A stretch of 64,000 nucleotides of DNA from an uncultured virus (IMG/VR IMGVR_UViG_3300035680_001736) (taxonomy: Duplodnaviria; Heunggongvirae; Uroviricota; Caudoviricetes). The stretch lies in IMG/VR virus record IMGVR_UViG_3300035680_001736, one strand, 5' to 3'. Numbering within the stretch: position 1 is the first letter of the stretch; each line of letters starts with the position of its first letter. The notes below the pieces were generated by a model. The model was not told where the DNA came from and made no database searches. It worked only from the letters and a program-made list of their open reading frames with translations. Of this stretch, positions 59,402-64,000 are shown in pieces. Position numbers and translations under genes: made by a program.

Positions 59402-62400
59402 TCAATATACATAGTTTGGGTCACTAAAAGTTACCACACCATTTACGTAGGTAAGAATCAAAATTGGTGTGTTTTGCCATATACCATTAACTATAGGATA
59501 AGCGTAAATGTTAAAATCTACTGTGTTACTATCTATAATCTCAAGTCTATATTTATACATATAGTAATCAACTATATTGGGGAAATACGTATTAAACATT
59601 CCTACAAAATTAGTGCAAGTTGTTGAAGAAAATTCAGGTAAACTTTCATTTTGAGAATAGAATGGCAATGTGGCATTACTGATTAAATTAGTATCAAACA
59701 AACCTGCTATATTATAAGAAACCCGTGGATTACATGACGTTAGATAAACACGTCTTGAGGTAGTGAATGGTGATTCAAATATTGCTCCTGTTTGTGAAGT
59801 AAATTGAACATCGTCACTGTAATATGAATTATTTATAAAATTAATGATATTAATACCAAAATTAGGTGAAGTAGAACAAGTGAATGTATTTGATTCTAAA
59901 AATCCATAGTTCTCAATTTTTAAATAAAACTCTAAACCATCCATTGTTCCTGTAGTTACTACAGCTGAAACGTGGATTTGGAATTTTAAAGCCGTGTCGG
60001 TAGTATTGCCAACAGTACCTGTTGAACCTCCAGTATCTCCCCCAAGAATTTCCCCACATAAAGTATTACCTGATGCGGTAGGAATACCAAATTCAATACT
60101 TCTATAATATCTATAATCTGTTGGGTCAGAATATGATGGTATACCATTGATTGACGTTCCTCCACTAAATGGACAAGTCTGCCCAACAACACCTGGAAAA
60201 TCTTGATTACAATCCATATATCCGCAATATGAGATTTCATTCATCGCATTTAAGTATGATTGGTACATATAATCGATTGGAATATTGGAGTTTGAGGTGA
60301 CCTCGATAATCCAATAATCACCGTCAACATATTTGTTATAAGATATTGTGCTAGTTTGAGATAATGAAAGACAATTATATGGTTGATTTCCAGGATTTAA
60401 TTGTATGGTTTTTAAACCATCTAAAGTTAATTGTTCATTACCTCCAAATAAAACTGTGTCATTTGGTGGAAAATTACATAACGCATAACCTTTAGGACCC
60501 GTGTAAGGCGAAAACGCATATGGATAATAATTGAAAAGTGTCTGAGGTATTGATACTGTAGAACAGTCTTCATCACACACTTTTATACCCAAAACAACTT
60601 TACTATAACAAGATGCTGAAAAATCTATAGGTTGATTATTACCATCATATGAGGTTGTACTTATACTACTTGAATCAATTTTATACTTGTTTTCAATTTC
60701 CTGATTTTGAGGACAATTTTCACAATCAAATGTTTCCATACAATCATATTTTAAAATCCAATTGCTCGCACCTGATGGGGAGGTAATTTGGAAAATAATA
60801 TTTTCAAACCCTGGACTTCTTAATAAACCAGTTAATGACGTGACTTTACTAAAAGATGGGGCGGCAACGTCTATTTCGTAATTTGTCCACATTGTTCCCA
60901 TTGGAATCAGGGTACTACCTATGTTAAAATTGGCTAAAATAACTGGTTGTGTGTAGTTATTTCCATTATATATAATCTTAATATTATCATAAGCCGCAAA
61001 TCCTGTGAATGCCCAAGCAATATGATTAACTGTAGATGGTAGAGACAAACAAGTTTGGAACGGTGGTGTTTGAGTTCCTACAATCGCACCATCGAATGAA
61101 AATTCATATGAATAAATAGGGTCATCAGAATTTCCATTTAAACAATCAGCACATGTAACTTCAATTGATTCAAAACAAGACAAGTTTGTGGCAATACTAC
61201 CATTTGACCCATCTTGTGAATAAATAACACCACCTAAGTTGATTCTATCAATCACAGGTAAATATTCCCCTGATAATACAATTGGAGATTGTTCACCTGT
61301 TAATGGATGAGGATAATCATAAATAAATTGATTTCCTAAACCGCTGGTAAACGCAATTTCTGTTGTACTATTTGGTCCGTACCAATTAATAACATAATCT
61401 GAAATATTACCCTGACATGTCGACAATAAGTTGCCGGCTACTATGTAACCTATGTTACCGGTTTCAATTATGTCAAAATAAAAACCACATTCTTCACACA
61501 AATCAGTAGTTAAAGCTATAGGTTCGCATAGTTGTAAAGATTCGGCGGTTGAATTTATTGAAGAAACTCCGTGAGGTCCAGTAACTCCATTGAATGTTAA
61601 TCCTTGGTAGACAGAAGAAACACCATTTGGGAACGAAGTTTCATATTCAAATACAGACCAGTTAGTGTTTTCATTTCTAATCAAATAAACACCATTTTCC
61701 ATTGTCATTGGGAAGTGCGAAACTGCGGGTTGGGTATAATTAGGACCTATTTCTTGAATCAACGATGGTGTAGCCCCAATCACATATGGATATTCTAAAA
61801 TATACATTGGTGACGCTGAGACTAAAGTACTACCGTATTTTGCGGTGATAATCAGGCTATTATCCATAAAATACATACCTGACCAAACAAGTAAGTTAGT
61901 AGTTCCATTGTAATTCACACTTCCAACAACCGGAAGATTAAACATCACAGTACAGTTAGTAAACGTAATGCTATTATTTGTAATATTAACTTGTAAAATA
62001 ACCCCTCTACAAGACGCTGTTGGACAACCGGCCCATCCTCCACCTACTATTGCTCCCATGGCAAGTGTGTTTGGAGAGATATACGCCATACCTTGGTCAA
62101 TTCTTGAAATCACTCCGTTATTATTTGAAGTATTAAGTGTGATTAATCTACTCCAAGTTAAATTATAGTATTCATCATTAATTGTCCATTCATTTATATA
62201 CGTAACATTAGTGTTGGCGACTTTCTTAATCCATAAAAATCCGGTATTTGTTATAAAATCAAATGAATGTGCAATATCTAATGTTTCAACTAAAGAGCCT
62301 AATCCTAAAATATTAGGATTGTAACTAGTACCTAAATTTAAGAAAGTAGGTTCTCCAAGACCTAATGCGTATCTTGATACTCTTAATCTATGTGTTTGAC

Positions 62401-64000
62401 TAGTAGGCGCCAACCATAACATCAAAGGATTACACAGTGATTGGAATGAGAAAGATGAACAGGATGGAGAGCTGGCCGCACCTGACACTCTACCCAAACC
62501 AGTGTCGGAATAAACCGATGTGGTATTACCATATATGTCAACTTCATAAATGTCAGACACATTTGATGAATTACTTGCATATGACGCGGCAATGTACAAT
62601 CTATTTTGGTCGGTTAAAAATAAATCAATTCCACTACCGTAATCGGTTGACTCAGGAAAATTAAAAATAGTCACAGTTTCTTCAATCACCGCGTTAGTAA
62701 AACTACCATCCAAATAAATTTGTTTAATCATCCATCTAGTAGGATTAGTTACACCATAACCAATCAACATTCTATTATTATTTACAACCGCAATATCCGT
62801 TGGGCTTTCATCGACGGGTAAAGTCAAAATAGCCGGAGTTATGAATTGCTGACTCACAGTATCAAATCTTCTAATAGACCATGTGTTAGAATTTGAAGGT
62901 CTGGTTGATAAAAACACATTGAGTCCGTCCTCACTTACCCCTAATGCCGCAGCAAATAGTCCAGGGTTTCCATTAACAAGTGGTTCTGGATTTTGTAGAG
63001 TTACTGAGGTTGGGTTTGGAGTTATAACAAATCCTGATATGAAATCAACATTCCACCATGTTAATCTTACATCAGTTGTTTGATTACTACCATGTAATAA
63101 ATAAAGTCTTTGACTTACTGAATTATAGGCAATATCCCAAAATCTATCATTTGTAATAGTAGGTATATTTGGTAACTCAATTTCAATTGACTCATTATCA
63201 TTAACATTATAATAAAAAACCCTGTTAGGATTTAAATCATTATTATCGGCTCTTGTGACAAAAAACACAGGACAAGTAGGTAATATAGTTGTTACTATTA
63301 AATTTGGTGTAAAAGTTAATGGATTACACAAGGCTATCGCTTCAGGACTTGAGTTTATTGAAGACGCTCCAAAAGGTCCTCGTCCGTTTGGGGGAGTCCA
63401 AAATTCATCAATATTTGAGCCAGTGACAAGGTAATTAGTTGGACTAAATAAAAGTTGACTGAAAGCATTTCCAAAACCAGGAGCATTATTTGTTAATCTT
63501 ATTGACCTTATTTCGTCTAAGAATGTTGCAATAAAATTTGTAACACCATTTCCCGGATTCTGAGGGTCAGGATATGGGAAATATACTTCAGGGAATGCAA
63601 AAAAGTTAGGATTTGTACTTTGGACGTACTCATATTGTAAAAGATATTTTATACCCGTCTGAGACAAATTGGTAGAATCTCTAGCAAATATTACTAATTT
63701 ATTATCAGGACCTAAATAAAAATTACTATAAATAACAGTTGAGCGTGTTCCGGTATATATCGAATCTCCTTGTGCCGGTAATCTGAACATTAATGTCATA
63801 TTATTCACCAAAGATAAGTTATTACCTAATGCCGGAGTAATATCCAACTGACCAATAAACTCACGGTAATTCTGCTGATTATTATAGGGGCCAGTACCAC
63901 CTGACCAAGTTTCAATTATCAAGGTATTTCTGTCTAATGAAGCAATTCCAAGGTTGTGTCTAAAAGTAGTACCTGATGCAGAAACGTTAATTACTCTATT
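59402..64000 (-). CDS. Giant multi-propeller Cys-rich virion-like protein, 5'-partial
   Basis: Frame is open from 63922 to the window edge; tandem DIA(Y/H)...G(A/V)SS..C propeller modules. Confidence 0.8.
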   Translation of the reverse strand, partial: NRVINVSASGTTFRHNLGIASLDRNTLIIETWSGGTGPYNNQQNYREFIGQLDITPALGNNLSLVNNMTLMFRLPAQGDSIYTGTRSTVIYSNFYLGPDNKLVIFARDSTNLSQTGIKYLLQYEYVQSTNPNFFAFPEVYFPYPDPQNPGNGVTNFIATFLDEIRSIRLTNNAPGFGNAFSQLLFSPTNYLVTGSNIDEFWTPPNGRGPFGASSINSSPEAIALCNPLTFTPNLIVTTILPTCPVFFVTRADNNDLNPNRVFYYNVNDNESIEIELPNIPTITNDRFWDIAYNSVSQRLYLLHGSNQTTDVRLTWWNVDFISGFVITPNPTSVTLQNPEPLVNGNPGLFAAALGVSEDGLNVFLSTRPSNSNTWSIRRFDTVSQQFITPAILTLPVDESPTDIAVVNNNRMLIGYGVTNPTRWMIKQIYLDGSFTNAVIEETVTIFNFPESTDYGSGIDLFLTDQNRLYIAASYASNSSNVSDIYEVDIYGNTTSVYSDTGLGRVSGAASSPSCSSFSFQSLCNPLMLWLAPTSQTHRLRVSRYALGLGEPTFLNLGTSYNPNILGLGSLVETLDIAHSFDFITNTGFLWIKKVANTNVTYINEWTINDEYYNLTWSRLITLNTSNNNGVISRIDQGMAYISPNTLAMGAIVGGGWAGCPTASCRGVILQVNITNNSITFTNCTVMFNLPVVGSVNYNGTTNLLVWSGMYFMDNSLIITAKYGSTLVSASPMYILEYPYVIGATPSLIQEIGPNYTQPAVSHFPMTMENGVYLIRNENTNWSVFEYETSFPNGVSSVYQGLTFNGVTGPHGVSSINSTAESLQLCEPIALTTDLCEECGFYFDIIETGNIGYIVAGNLLSTCQGNISDYVINWYGPNSTTEIAFTSGLGNQFIYDYPHPLTGEQSPIVLSGEYLPVIDRINLGGVIYSQDGSNGSIATNLSCFESIEVTCADCLNGNSDDPIYSYEFSFDGAIVGTQTPPFQTCLSLPSTVNHIAWAFTGFAAYDNIKIIYNGNNYTQPVILANFNIGSTLIPMGTMWTNYEIDVAAPSFSKVTSLTGLLRSPGFENIIFQITSPSGASNWILKYDCMETFDCENCPQNQEIENKYKIDSSSISTTSYDGNNQPIDFSASCYSKVVLGIKVCDEDCSTVSIPQTLFNYYPYAFSPYTGPKGYALCNFPPNDTVLFGGNEQLTLDGLKTIQLNPGNQPYNCLSLSQTSTISYNKYVDGDYWIIEVTSNSNIPIDYMYQSYLNAMNEISYCGYMDCNQDFPGVVGQTCPFSGGTSINGIPSYSDPTDYRYYRSIEFGIPTASGNTLCGEILGGDTGGSTGTVGNTTDTALKFQIHVSAVVTTGTMDGLEFYLKIENYGFLESNTFTCSTSPNFGINIINFINNSYYSDDVQFTSQTGAIFESPFTTSRRVYLTSCNPRVSYNIAGLFDTNLISNATLPFYSQNESLPEFSSTTCTNFVGMFNTYFPNIVDYYMYKYRLEIIDSNTVDFNIYAYPIVNGIWQNTPILILTYVNGVVTFSDPNYVY

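Noticed and set aside
63920..63922. TTG start for the last ORF
   Set aside because: The frame stays open to 64000, so the gene starts outside the window
1..64000. Stop-codon reassignment as seen in some huge phages
   Set aside because: Multi-kb ORFs are open in the standard code, and TAA, TAG and TGA all end genes at sensible boundaries
1..64000. tRNA, rRNA, DGR or integrase
   Set aside because: Intergenic gaps are too short and no such motifs (cloverleaf, RT, TR/VR pair, recombinase) were seen

Overview
AT-rich, densely coding 64-kb segment of a large (jumbo/mega) tailed phage read in the standard code. The host is probably in Bacteroidota: there is a TTTG-N19-TAnnTTTG promoter, starts lack SD sequences, and one signal peptide follows the Gln rule. 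1-25268 and 50137-64000 (- strand) encode giant Thr/Pro-rich, Cys-rich mosaic virion or fibre-like proteins built from a small set of shuffled modules, including two reprolysin-type metalloproteases, an LRR, delta-60 and other propellers, a beta-helix and LamG. 25319-47367 (+ strand) holds putative head proteins, a WYL protein, and a glycosylation/nucleotide operon (four or five glycosyltransferases, two FkbM methyltransferases, gmd, dUTPase, exonuclease, PhoH). It also holds a gp55-like sigma factor, a baseplate spike and PG-binding proteins. 47350-50130 carries a spanin-like overlapping pair and a free-standing endonuclease. The most striking observation is that conserved domains are split across separate giant genes in gene order: LamG (21753 gene to 12974 gene) and a 6-Cys module (12974 to 9268 to 2958). 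This suggests a daisy-chain of mucin-like, possibly glycosylated, protease-armed virion appendage proteins. All family calls come from motif recognition by eye; no searches were run.
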